Assembly (NCBI GenBank): GCA_002633005.1
Contig: NMRA01000258.1
Coordinates: 493,966-548,452, forward strand
Direction: 5' to 3'
From: Phoronis australis
Taxonomy: Eukaryota > Animalia > Phoronida
DNA length: 54,487 bases
The position numbers and the translations under genes were made by a program. Below the pieces are notes generated by a model, which searched no databases, was not told the DNA's origin, and was given only the letters and a program-made list of their open reading frames with translations. This document shows positions 23,801 to 35,280 of this stretch, piece after piece (the stretch's first letter is position 1; every line of letters starts with the position of its first letter).

Positions 23801-24465
23801 TCCCTGATGGCATTGTGAGTAAATACAACGAAATTTGAGTGTGCCTGTGTATTACGGGACGGCCCTATTACGATGACATAATAGCTCAAGAGTGACAATG
23901 CACAAGCTCCTAGGGACTATGATGGCGGACAAGTAATAACGCAAGTCAGTAGAGTTTCAAACTATATAATATGACGACTTTATTAACTATACAAACATGT
24001 TATTATTGGTCCGTTACCATGTAATTATTGTAAATTGTGTCGCCACTGTACAAAGGTCAACCATCAACATCTCAATACGTTTATCGAATGACAAGTAACA
24101 CGCTCCTCAGTTTCACATCTACATATGAAAGAGCGCAAACCAGCAGTCTAACATAATTAACGCGTAGACCAGATGGTGATCCCACGGTAATTATATGCAA
24201 ATGACATATACAATGGCAGTTACAGGGGTCATATTTCTAGTTATCAGATGATAAATCCGCTGGGGGAGCTTTCACGCTAGTGTTGGCTTAGGTCGTCACT
24301 GAGGCTACCACAGGTACACTCTTCCAAAGGTTTCTCGAGATATTTAGCCTTCCATCTAACCAATGAAGTCCTGTCCCTGGTGTCATTTATAAACGTACTC
24401 ACCCCTGGGGACTGAGCCCACACCATCGCGACTATAGCCAGAACCACACTTACTGCAGTCTTCAT
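20897..24465 (-). CDS. Secreted 100-aa cysteine-rich peptide, chitin-binding type-2 (CBM14)-like, paralog A
   Basis: Exon 1 24465-24403 encodes MKTAVSVVLAIVAMVWAQSPG (signal peptide; gtgagt donor). Exon 2 21136-20897 (ttccag acceptor) encodes QQFACFKFNNGKDHPPDRCVVKKDTNCKQYYCHHVQESLDTAELQTCPHGQRFDLLGACACTAENTSEPCVANSYTGPV*. The CxxYYC and CPxGxxFD motifs resemble peritrophin-A. The frame is conserved in the paralog. Confidence 0.85.
21885..23308. mobile_element. Non-autonomous CAG...CTG DNA element in the paralog A intron, hosting a nested HINE
   Basis: TIR caggggcgga / tccgccactg; flanks aagtc / aactc; absent from the matching site in paralog B (~28790-28812). Confidence 0.75.
22037..23157 (-). 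mobile_element. Best-preserved Helentron/HINE (DINE-1-like) element
   Basis: 5' palindrome 23123-23152, (GTCC)n-like microsatellite, internal repeats, 3' subTIR 22062-22071 inverted to the 5' atgcgcccac, 3' hairpin CAACGC-TCC-GCGTTG, T-rich ends. Confidence 0.8.
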
Positions 24466-27400
24466 TTTGACTCTGGAACGTACGGTTATTGAAGTTGGCT
24501 TCGTCGGAACAGTACTTAGAAAACTCAAGTTCAGTAACAAATGAAAATGTAAGCCTGTTACAATGACAACATCGTGGAACTCGTTTTACGTACGTTTCAA
24601 AAGCATAAAGTGGGTATTTTAAAAACTGCCTGGGATAAAGCAAAAGCCATGATTGGATCTGGTTTGGTTTTATGTTGGACATGATCAGTTCGGAGGTGCA
24701 GTGTTTTTTTAAAGTTGCTTACTTTTTCAAAAAAATAAACCTATTCGAGACGAGCAAAAATAATGCGGGATTCTTTCACTCATCACTGGGCAAATCATAG
24801 CGTTTCTTACTTTGTGTCTTTGTGCAACTTTTTAAAAAGCACGTGAGATCTTGGCTGAAATACCGGAGAGGGCGTTTTTGTCAGTGACATAAGGGCTCAA
24901 ATGAACCAGAACTAGCTATACGCTTTTTGGCAGAGCTGTAAGCTGTGATTTCATATTTTACCCGATTTGGGAGAGAGTTTTGATGCTCTTATCGAAACAA
25001 ATGTAAAATCCTGAAAATTCCACCGTTTAAAAATATTTGATTCTGTTCTCTTCGAGTAGGCCTACGTCATGTTAAACGCCTTTTTTGTTTACAAAAATAA
25101 ATCCAAAATGGTATGTTCGACAGTGTTCACGAAACAGAGGATACTTACCACGTTCACGATGCGATCAAAACTAATTGATAGTGCTATAGTTCAGGTGTGT
25201 TAAATGATATGTCGAACACTTGAGCTTGTGTTTATATTTTTACACGCACACGATGATTTATGGCCAGCGACACCAGCACTTGTGAATTCTAAGTAGAATA
25301 AAGTGCTGTTTACACTACAAAAGTTGACACAGATCAGCTGACACGGAACGAGATGATCGACCCAAGTATTGGTGTCACGATGAACATGCATGAGGACTGA
25401 CACGGAGCAAATTGACACGACGGTGACAACTTCACTCGTTTGTGGGTAGTAGAGCAACTTGCGCCCGATCATCTTGGTTCGTGTCAACTATATGCCTTAA
25501 CGTGAAACTTGCGGCAACGCGGAAGGATCTTTATTGTACTTGCGCAAAAAACGCACACACACGCACACGTACACAACGGAGACGTCACTCGTCTTTTAGG
25601 ACCATAAATCGTTATATCTTATGAGAAATTGGATTGTCGGTCAATTGAGCCCTGAAGAAGTTTTACGCTCCCAATCTGAGGCTCTTATATTTCGCTCGTA
25701 ATTTTAACAAGTTGTCATTAGATTTAAGTACCAGTCTACATGTTGATGTTGTTGTGCTGCAAATGGTTTGTTGTTCAAATGTCTTGAATAAAGAATGAGT
25801 GATTTACCACCAAAATTTAGAAATTATACTGCATTACCCTCCCAAAAACCGTTTTGAACCTATGTTTTTTGTAATGTTATTTGTCATCTGCACGCACTGA
25901 TAAGAGTAAAAGAATGAAACGTGACCTAAATATGGAAAAGCATGGAAATTTTAACAAATAAAAACATTGTCAGGCAACCTGTTAGATATATATGATTTTG
26001 GCTCCTCAATATAAACTAAAACGGACTAATTCAAAGGCAACAAAGAGAACACCTGCGATTGTCTTGGATCAATCTGTTTTGTAAGTCAACTGCGTTTGAC
26101 TTTTTAGCATGCACCAACAACGCATTAATAAATGGTCTCTTGTAACTGACCGAGGATGGAAATCCGACGTCAGATTTTATTTTTTTGTTGTAATTACGAC
26201 GATCCTGAGTTGCTTTTTGGCCAGAAAGTTTGGGAATCAGTGTCGTCCCTTTACGCTTTAGTCGTGCAGGTTTGGCTCAATGTGAAATCACCATGATCAA
26301 ACGAACAATAAATATATGACAAGAAGAAACTACAAATTCAGTTTTGAAAAATTTAAAACATGGATTAGGAATTCATGGAAAGCGGCGTACGAAATCACCT
26401 TCGAGTCAAATATACGCCAATACATCGTGAAATGGAATTTGCAAAGGGGTACTTCTCATATACTGATCTTTAGTTATGTGATACCCAAAGAAGAAAGGAA
26501 AATATGACATTCGTAATTCATACTGCAAATACAACCAGTGAAATCCCCGAGTGTAATTCCTGTCACTGTACCAATGTTCAGTTCTGTCTCTTGGTGTTCA
26601 GTTTGCTTCCTAAGTGCCATGAAGATATGAGATTGTAGAGAGACTACTCGAGCGAGTATATCAAGGTGTCTAACATAAAGTGCAGTCGTACAGGGAAGTT
26701 TGTGTCAACCAAGGGCTGCTACCGAACTGTACTGTATACAAAAAAGTGTTCGAAAGAGAGTCATTATACACTCGGTTGCCAAATTCAGTAGGACATGTTT
26801 CATCATCAAGCAATAGACGAAATAAACGTGGAAGAAGAGAAATAAATAGTGAAATGAACGGTAACAGCAGGTAGAGGGGCATATACGCTCATTTCACCTG
26901 TTACCCGATGAGACAGATGTTTCCAAATATAGCAACTATCTTAACTTGTTTGTACGTGCAGAGACTGTTATTCCTCCGATACTGAATGCGCTGTAGGCCT
27001 GCGTGTAGATGTCACACTGTTATAATGCTTTTAAGAACATTTGACTCATTCAAAATCCTATTTGCATACATGAAATACTTTTCTTCACGTTCATCAATCA
27101 GACATTTTCTATATACCCGGTATAGACAAATCTTGCGAGACTCCGTGGGACAGCTCAGATGTCCGTTACACCAACCACATCAACAGGACAGTTCTTTCCA
27201 TTATTTTAGTGTGTACAAGGTCTCAGACGCAGCTAACGACGCATGTAACCAGATTATATGACGAGAAAAGCATTTGAATGCTACGTAATTAAGGTGATGA
27301 ATAACGTGAATAGCAAACACGACTGGATTATCATTATATTTTGAGTTTCCCAGAAAATTCGGAATGGGCGTTGAGTCGACGGAGAATGGTCAGTAACTCG

Positions 27401-27764
27401 GACGTACAATATTCAGTGTTTTCGTGTAAAGCGTGATGTAATTACAACTGAGTGTCTCAATTGTACAAAATGCCTGTTCTTCATACTCGCAGCAGCCCTC
27501 TCACGTAGTTAGAAGTGCTGTTTTGTTCACAATATAAGGACTATTGAATTTCCATTACCGTGACGTTACGTGCAGCAGATGTCATGTACGTTTATGAATG
27601 ATCCTAACTAAACTGTACATTAGAGTCATAAATAGAGAAAAATAACTTTCTAGTGCAGTTACTAAAATTTTGTTTTGTATCTGTCTGGTGTTGTGCACGG
27701 GATATGCTTGTATTGTAATATTTTGGTGGCAAAAACTTCAACTTTTTCTGGTTCATACGCTGGT

Positions 27765-27770
27765 TTTATT
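27765..27770 (-). promoter_or_regulatory. Putative polyadenylation signal AATAAA, paralog B
   Basis: AATAAA on - about 35 nt after the stop, matching paralog A. Confidence 0.45.
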
Positions 27771-27805
27771 CTCTGTAAATCAAAATCAGTGAAATCGTCA
27801 AATTC

Positions 27806-30067
27806 TTATGCCGGTCCGGTATAAGAAACGGCAATACACTCTGTCTTGAATGCCGTGCATGCACACGCAGCCAGTAAGTCAAAACTTTGGCCCTCGGGAC
27901 ATGTTTGCAGTTTTGCATTGTCCGCTGATTTGGTTACATTGTAGCAGTAGTATTCTTTACAATCGGTGTCTTTTGTCACGACACAGCGGTCTGGCGGTTG
28001 GTCTCCCCCGTTCTTGAAATTGAAACAAGCAAAGGGTTGCTGGAATAAATGAGGACATTCTCTTCATACATGTATTAAGCGAGAAACAACATCGTATTGT
28101 CGCTAGGAGTAGGTGTCTTTCGATTTCCCTATTGTAGTTGGCGTGCGTTTTTGTTAGAGTTTTGAAATCCGGAACGATTTGGAGAGAAAAGCAGACTTTT
28201 TATTTATTTTATAAGTAACGCCTATAAGTATAAGCACCAGATAGCATTACTGGGCCGAGAAATCAAAGTAACATTATATTCTGGGCCACATGTACACCCT
28301 CCCCCCATTGCACAAACAATTTAATAGGGTCGTGAATAACCTTATCGCTTGTGCATTTATCCAAATTGCAAACAAAACTAGAATTAAACTTCGTAAGAGA
28401 ATAAAGCGTGTAAAAATAAACTTTTACCAGACCCCAAGATTTCATTGATTGTGTAACGTGACCATGTCTTTTCAGCAAAATTAATCATAAACAAAGGTAC
28501 GTACGTAGCAAAACAATGGTATCGATAACATAGCCAAATTGCTTTTTATACAAATATTCAAGATGGCATCTCAAATGTAAGTTACACATTTCTGAATTAT
28601 TTTCTCGTTTTTCTTTTATGCACTTTTTAATTTTTTCACAAGTCTTATAAAAGTATCGTTGTCCTATACCATTTTATGACGTGAAACATTTTTAAAAACA
28701 TTCATTACAGCGTTTTTGAATATAACATGAAAAGTAAGCTAAATGGTTTTAAGGTTACTTACTCCTGAGCCACACAAGTGGATACAAATAAGTTATTAGT
28801 TTAAAACAAAGAGTGAAATGAAGTAGTATTCGTGAAAGTGCCGTGACGAGACATTTACACTAACAGTCGAATTGACTTGGAGAACATTCTCGGTAACATG
28901 TACAGTGGCAGACCCGTATTCTGGTTGTTTTAAGGTAGGCTAAAGTAAAACACAGATAGATCTGACAAAAGGTGCCCGTGGTTGTAGCGAGCAAAATTAA
29001 TACCAGGGTCGTCCCGGATTACACGGCAATAGAACTCTCCTCAGTCTTCGAGATAAGAAAGCGCTTGAATTAATTTTGGAAATCAGGCACGTTTTCGGGT
29101 CTCTCATCGATGTCGGGAAGGTGAAAATTTTCAAATAATAATAAACTTTATTAAAGAGGATAAAAATACAATAAATGTAAAACATGCTTTAGCCAAAGGC
29201 TAATATCCAGCATGGGGATTTTTCCCGTTTGTCAAACTTTTTCACGTCGAACTTGCAACCCACAACACAGAAATACTTCATTGGCATTTTAAAGACGAAT
29301 AGAGTAATGCAACCGAGAAAAACTTGTAAAGAATCAAACAAAAAATAACATGTGAAATTCCAGTGGCACGAAAACGAGGCAGCAAATGTGCCTGACTGAT
29401 GTTTACGGCATTGTGGGTAAATACAGCGAGATTCGATTGTGGCTGTGTAATCCTGGACGGCCCTATTACGATGATATAATAACAGTTCAAGAGTGAAAAT
29501 ACACATGTCCCTAGAGGACTAAGATGGTGGACAAATAATAATGCGACTAAGTAGATTTCCATTCTATATATGACGACTTTATTGACTGTACAATCGCGTT
29601 ATTATTAGTCCGCTACCAAGTTATTGTAAATTGTGCCGCCAGTGTACAAAGGTCAACCATCAACATCTCAATACGTTTAGCGAATGACAAGTAACACGCT
29701 TCTCAGTATAGTCTCACATCTACATATGAAAGAGCGCAAACCAGTAGACCTAGTATATCATAACGCGGAGACCAGATGGTGATCCTACGGTAATTATATG
29801 CAAATGACATATGCAATGGCAGTTACAGTGGCCATATTTCTAGTTATCAGATGATAAATCCGCTAGGGGAGCATTCACGCTGGTGTTGGCTTACGTAGAC
29901 AGGCTAGCACAGGTACATGTAGACTGTTCCAAGTAATTAAATGTGTCTCGAGATATTTAGCCTTCCATCTAGGTGTCCCTGGAGTCATTTATAAACGTAC
30001 TCACCCCTGGGGACTGAGCCCACACCATCGCGACTATAGCCAGAACCACACTTACTACAGTCTTCAT
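27806..30067 (-). CDS. Secreted 98-aa cysteine-rich peptide, CBM14-like, paralog B
   Basis: Exon 1 30067-30005 encodes MKTVVSVVLAIVAMVWAQSPG. Exon 2 28039-27806 encodes QPFACFNFKNGGDQPPDRCVVTKDTDCKEYYCYNVTKSADNAKLQTCPEGQSFDLLAACACTAFKTECIAVSYTGPA*. Same splice sites and all 8 Cys as paralog A; missed by the ORF track. Confidence 0.85.
29133..29215 (-). mobile_element. 5'-truncated LINE 3' end (~80 bp) in the paralog B intron
   Basis: Nearly identical to 37160-37240; absent from paralog A. Confidence 0.8.
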
Positions 30068-31842
30068 TTTGACTCTGGAACGTACGGTTATTGAAGTTAG
30101 CTTCGTCGGAACAGTACTTAGGAAACTTCAGTAACAAATGAAAATGTAAGAATTTCTGTTACAATGACAACAGCGTGGAACTCGTTTTACGTGCGTTTCA
30201 AAAGCATAAAGTGGGTATTTTTAAAACTCCCTGGAATAAAGCAAAAGCCATGATTGGATCTGGTTTGGTTTTTTGTTGGACACGATCAATTCGGAGGTGC
30301 GGGTTTTTTTAAGTTGCGTATTTTTTCAAAAAAGAAAATCCATTCGAGACGAGCAAAAATAATGCGTGATTCTTTCACTCATCGCTGGGCAAATCATAGC
30401 GTTTCAGACCTTACATATGTACTTTTGTGCAGCTTTTCAAAAATCACACGAGATTTTGGCTGAAATTGATATGCCGGAGTGGGAGTGTTTGGCGGTGAGA
30501 TAAGGGCTCGAAATGACTTAAAGTACAGACCAGAACCAGCTATGCTTTTCGGTAGAAGCTGTAGGCTGTGATTTTATATTTTACCCGATTTACAGTGTGA
30601 GACAGTTTTGATGCTCTTACCAAAACAAATGTGAAATGCTAAAAACTCCCGAGACAATTCGAAAGCATTTGTTTCTCTACTCTCCGAGCATATGGTACGT
30701 CGTACGAAACCCCTTTTCTGTTTACAAAAATAAGTCCACAATGGTATGTTCGACAGTGTACACGAAACAGAGGATACTTACCACGTTCGCGGTCCAACCA
30801 AAACTAATTGGTGTGCTACGTATGTGGAACATTTGAGCTTGTATTTATATTTTTACACGCACACAACGATTTATGGCCAGCGATACCAGCACTTGTGACT
30901 TCAAAGTAGATCAAAGTGCCGTCGCTTACACTACCAAATTTGACAAGATCAGCTGACACAGAACGAGATGATCGAGCCCAAGTATGTGTCACCCGTTTGT
31001 GAGGTGGAACAACTTTCGCCCGATCATCTTTCGGTCGAAATTTTGCGCGACACTTTCACCACAATAATTTTCGCGCAATTTTACGATTGGCCAGTCAGCT
31101 GTTCAATATTATGTTTTCCAACTTTAACACTGACCAATATTTATTTTGTTCGGAAATTGTCAGATATTACACACAGTTTACTGTAATAGCCGCTATATTT
31201 CGAAACGACACGTCTCATCATCAGGCAATAGGTGAAATGAACGCGGAAGAAGCGAAATAAACAGTAAAATAAATATAACACCAGGTAGAGGGGCATAGAC
31301 GCTCATTTCACCTGTTACCTGATGATGAGTCATGTCCTTTCGAAATACAGCAACTTGTTTACCTTGTAGAGTTTGCATGCTCCGCGCCAGTCCGCGGTAC
31401 TGAATGCACAGCGGGCCTGCGTGACTCCACTCCATCATGTTTTTAATAACATTTGACTCATTCAAAATCAGACATGAGATGCTTTTCTTCACGTTCATCA
31501 AACAGAAATTTTGAATTTATAAATATATCTTGCAAGATTCCGTGGGATAGTTCAGGTGTCCGTTACATGCTTGAAACCGTGTCAATAAGACTATAGTTTC
31601 CACATTGTTTCAGAGTGTATAAGGTCACAGACGCAGTTAACAACACATTTAACTACGTTATATGACGAGAAAAAACATTCGAGTGTTACATGAGGTGACG
31701 AATAACATGAATATGAAACGTGACTGGATTGGCATTATCTTTTTAGTGTCCTCAATCGTAAGACGAGTACGGTGCATTTATGGTCTGCCTACATTTGCTA
31801 CTTTATGAAAACGGTTTAGTTAGACAAGGCTAATGGCACTGA

Positions 31843-31930
31843 ATCATGGACAACAGGGCCATATCAGGGACAACTAAACGATTTGTATCATGGACAATAG
31901 AGCCATATGAGGGACAACTAAACGATTTGT
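31843..31930. repeat. 44-bp direct tandem duplication
   Basis: atcatggacaaYagRgccatatSagggacaactaaacgatttgt x2. Confidence 0.9.
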
Positions 31931-34900
31931 AGCAGAAAGCCATTTTTATTTTGATAATATCTCTGCATTAAACACAAACACATCAATAAAAATTGCTTCT
32001 GATCTTGAAAAATTAAAACAACTCGTTTACAATACGTATCACTGTAAAAGCATGCGGGTGCAGTATGGGTTATTTACCTCGTTTCTTTATGATTAATGAA
32101 TATTAGAACCTCGACATTTGAAACTAGGAAGGTCAAGATATCCCCAAACCAGGCGTTTCCTAAGAAGGAGTGAATGCTTTTTTCTTTAGAGGACCAGTGA
32201 TATTCAAACAAAGTTTATCGTCTGCAAAGGCGGGCTGTACAAACCATGCCTACGATAATCCAAATGTTTTATCAATGAGTTACATACATTACTTGTAGCT
32301 AAACGAAAAATTCCACAGTTACAAGTTTCACAAGTCTTTATTAAAACTAAAACACTCTTACTAACAAACAAACCATGTTAAATCGTGACACATCCCTGAA
32401 TACTGTTAACCAAACAAAAATACCCACATTCTTAACACTTAAACAAAAGTTGACCATTGCTCATGTAAGTAAAACTGAATATTGCAAACAATAATTTTAC
32501 CTGTGCCCATCCAATACTCTTCATTACAAAGCGTCACATAAAAGCCGGGTATTCTCCGCAACAAAAGTACGGTAAAAGTTCTCCAGTTTGAAACGGTAAA
32601 AAAACATTTACTTTGGTTAAGGTAGGGCTTCTACCACAAATTAGAAATGGGCAATACTGGCATTCGCAAATTCAGAAATCACAAGAGAGACTAATTTTGC
32701 ATTGGCAGGGTATTACCGATGACTTTATCTCAGACTTTCTAGATACAAAAATGCAGTTCCCAATATATGAGAAAAACAGTGGAACGCCAAAATTACAGTA
32801 TCCCAATGTTCAGAACCAATGTTGGCTTAATTTAAGGGTCCCAAATTTTAGAGACTGACCCAAATTGGTGAATTTTTAACTGAAGTTAAATGCAATGAGT
32901 TACATGGTGTAATCGAACCCACTACCAACATAGTAGCCAGCAAATATCGTCTGCTGCCGATCCAAAATTGTACATATTAAATAACAGTATTTTAAGCTTA
33001 TTTATTAAAACAAATTTAGTGAATGTCTGACAGACAACAGCAAGAATTGATGATTTGTAATAAAATCACAAAACACATCGGATTTTCCTATTTTACAGCT
33101 ATGGTAAAATCTGATAACACCAAATAATTAATCCGAACCATCAACAATCTCAAAAATGAAATCGCAAAGAACTCTAAAATGGTGCCCATGGTGAGAAATG
33201 GAGGAGACAAACCAGATAGCTTATGATAACTGTCAACTAACTGAGCAAAAAATTCTACAATCAGTGTCACATACCCATTTTGTGCCAATTTCAGTCAAAA
33301 AGCGAAAGGCCTTGATCTATTTAAATTAAAATGAGAAACCTTGATTGGACAAGAAATGTGTGCCTACAGCATGTGTACAAAAAATAATTTACAAAAAATG
33401 ACAGAGCAACATACTTGGTGAAATCTTTCACCAGGTAATAAAAAGAACATGAATGTTGAAACTGTGTGTCTTTTTAAAGTGCTATTATTCACCACAATAT
33501 TTGAAACCAACCCACCAACTACTTGGTTAGTGCTGTCCTTTCCTCAAGAGAATAAAGCTGCCAAATATCATGAAGGCCAAATATTTAGTAGGGCAGACAA
33601 AGAGGTGACATATCATGGACACCAAAACATTAAAAGTGACAACAGGTGGCGCAAAAGCAGTTCAGACAAGTGCTGTCCTCTCTTGGAATAGAAACTCCTT
33701 TCCAAATTCCATAAAGTTCTATATACAGGAGCTGAGTGGATCCAAAGACAGATAGAACAACTGCCACCGTCATGCTCAGAATGGTCCAAGAATTGACTTC
33801 ACTCGCTCTATCTGTGATGATACACATGTGTGACATTTGAAAAACCTTCAGATTTGTAGATAATAACACTTGGATGCTGGACAGAGATAACTAGTAGAAT
33901 AAACATAACCATTATGTGTGCACATTATAAAGCCATAACTGGATGATACAGGATAACATTAAAAAACTAGTCCAATATCAATTAATCAATTTTTGCTTTC
34001 AAGATAAAAGCGGGTACGCACTTAGTCAGATATCAAAAGAACTTTGAAAACAACCCCGTTAAAACTAATTTTAATTTACATGAAATCAAATACTAAGCTC
34101 AGAAATGAATAATTATTCTGTAACAGATAACACCTAGATGAGTATAGCAATAATTCACCACTGTGAAAGCATCATGATTTTTCATCAAAAAACATGTAAA
34201 ACGAAAGGAGTGGCACTTGGTGAAATCAAATGAAAAACTTAGAAATGAAGAACAATTATGACCTCGATGCCCCTGGCACCGAAAATAGTAAATAAACCAA
34301 AAAATACATTGAGGAATTAGTCAATCAGTCATCAAATTCTAAAATCTGAACTTGAGAATGGTAAGTAGTCACGACAAACCAATAGAGATCTATGCAAATA
34401 CCAAATTTCAGAAGGTTCCCTCAAAGGATTATTGACCTAAATGTAGAGTGCCAAAGCAATTGTTAAAAAAGTGGCTGCCAAAACACCATCTTGCACCAGA
34501 TTTTGTCCAAAAACAGTAGACAATGAGTTTTTCACGAAATACCTGGAGAGTGTAAATTTCACATTGATCAAAAGAAAAATACGACCTGTAGCACGAGAAT
34601 GATAGATCAACAAAAGTGCAGCAAGGATTTAGTGAATAAAAGAACAGTCACTTGACCAGTAAATCTCAAATATCTTGAGAACAGTAAGTCAGAGCAAGAA
34701 ATGGGTTTCACAACCCAATAGTGCTATCTATGTCAAAATTTCAGAAAGATCCGCCAAGGTCACAAAAATCAATTGTAGCGAAAAACAGATGGCACAAGCC
34801 AGATAGTGTTTGATGTGTGCTATCCACACATGAAACTTCAGAAAGACCTTCCAGGGACAGCAGAGCTGTGGCCCCACAAAATGAAAAAATTGGCCACCAC

Positions 34901-35093
34901 AGCACCATCTTGAGTCAGACTTCAACCAAAAACAATAGGCCTCAAGAAATTAACGGGATGCGTGTTTTGGGTGAATTTCATGTCAATGTGACCAGAAGTG
35001 TGCAAACAAAGAAACAAAAAACAAACAAAAAAACTGATGACAGTAACAGACTTGGAAAAAAATTTCGCCAAGTAACTAGGTCAATGACAAGTG

Positions 35094-35280
35094 TCAATCG
35101 ATATACTGCCCCAGATCCCCAAATGATGGTATATAGTAGTCAGGTACACAGTTATCATAGGTTGGCTTGTCACCGATTGGTTCTTTACATTGTTTGACAT
35201 CATCAAGAGAATGTGCTCCAGTTAATACAAACAGACTTTGTAGTCCACAGTTATGACCCAGGGCTATATCTGTATTCAGC
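35094..35280 (-). CDS. PGP: PGP exon 8 LNTDIALG...PDYYIPSFGDLGQYID*
   Basis: ttgtag acceptor, TGA at 35096-35094. Confidence 0.92.

Larger units (their letters stand above)
20294..31752. repeat. Head-to-tail tandem segmental duplication (unit A ~20294-27350, unit B ~27351-31752)
   Basis: Colinear similarity from ttcggaatgggc (~20298 vs ~27358) through to gactggatt (~27321 vs ~31722), spanning both peptide genes and their flanks. Confidence 0.9.

Noticed and set aside
24277-24540. 87-aa single-exon ORF
   Set aside because: Only the 21 codons from ATG 24465 to the gtgagt donor are convincing; the downstream part has indels relative to paralog B.
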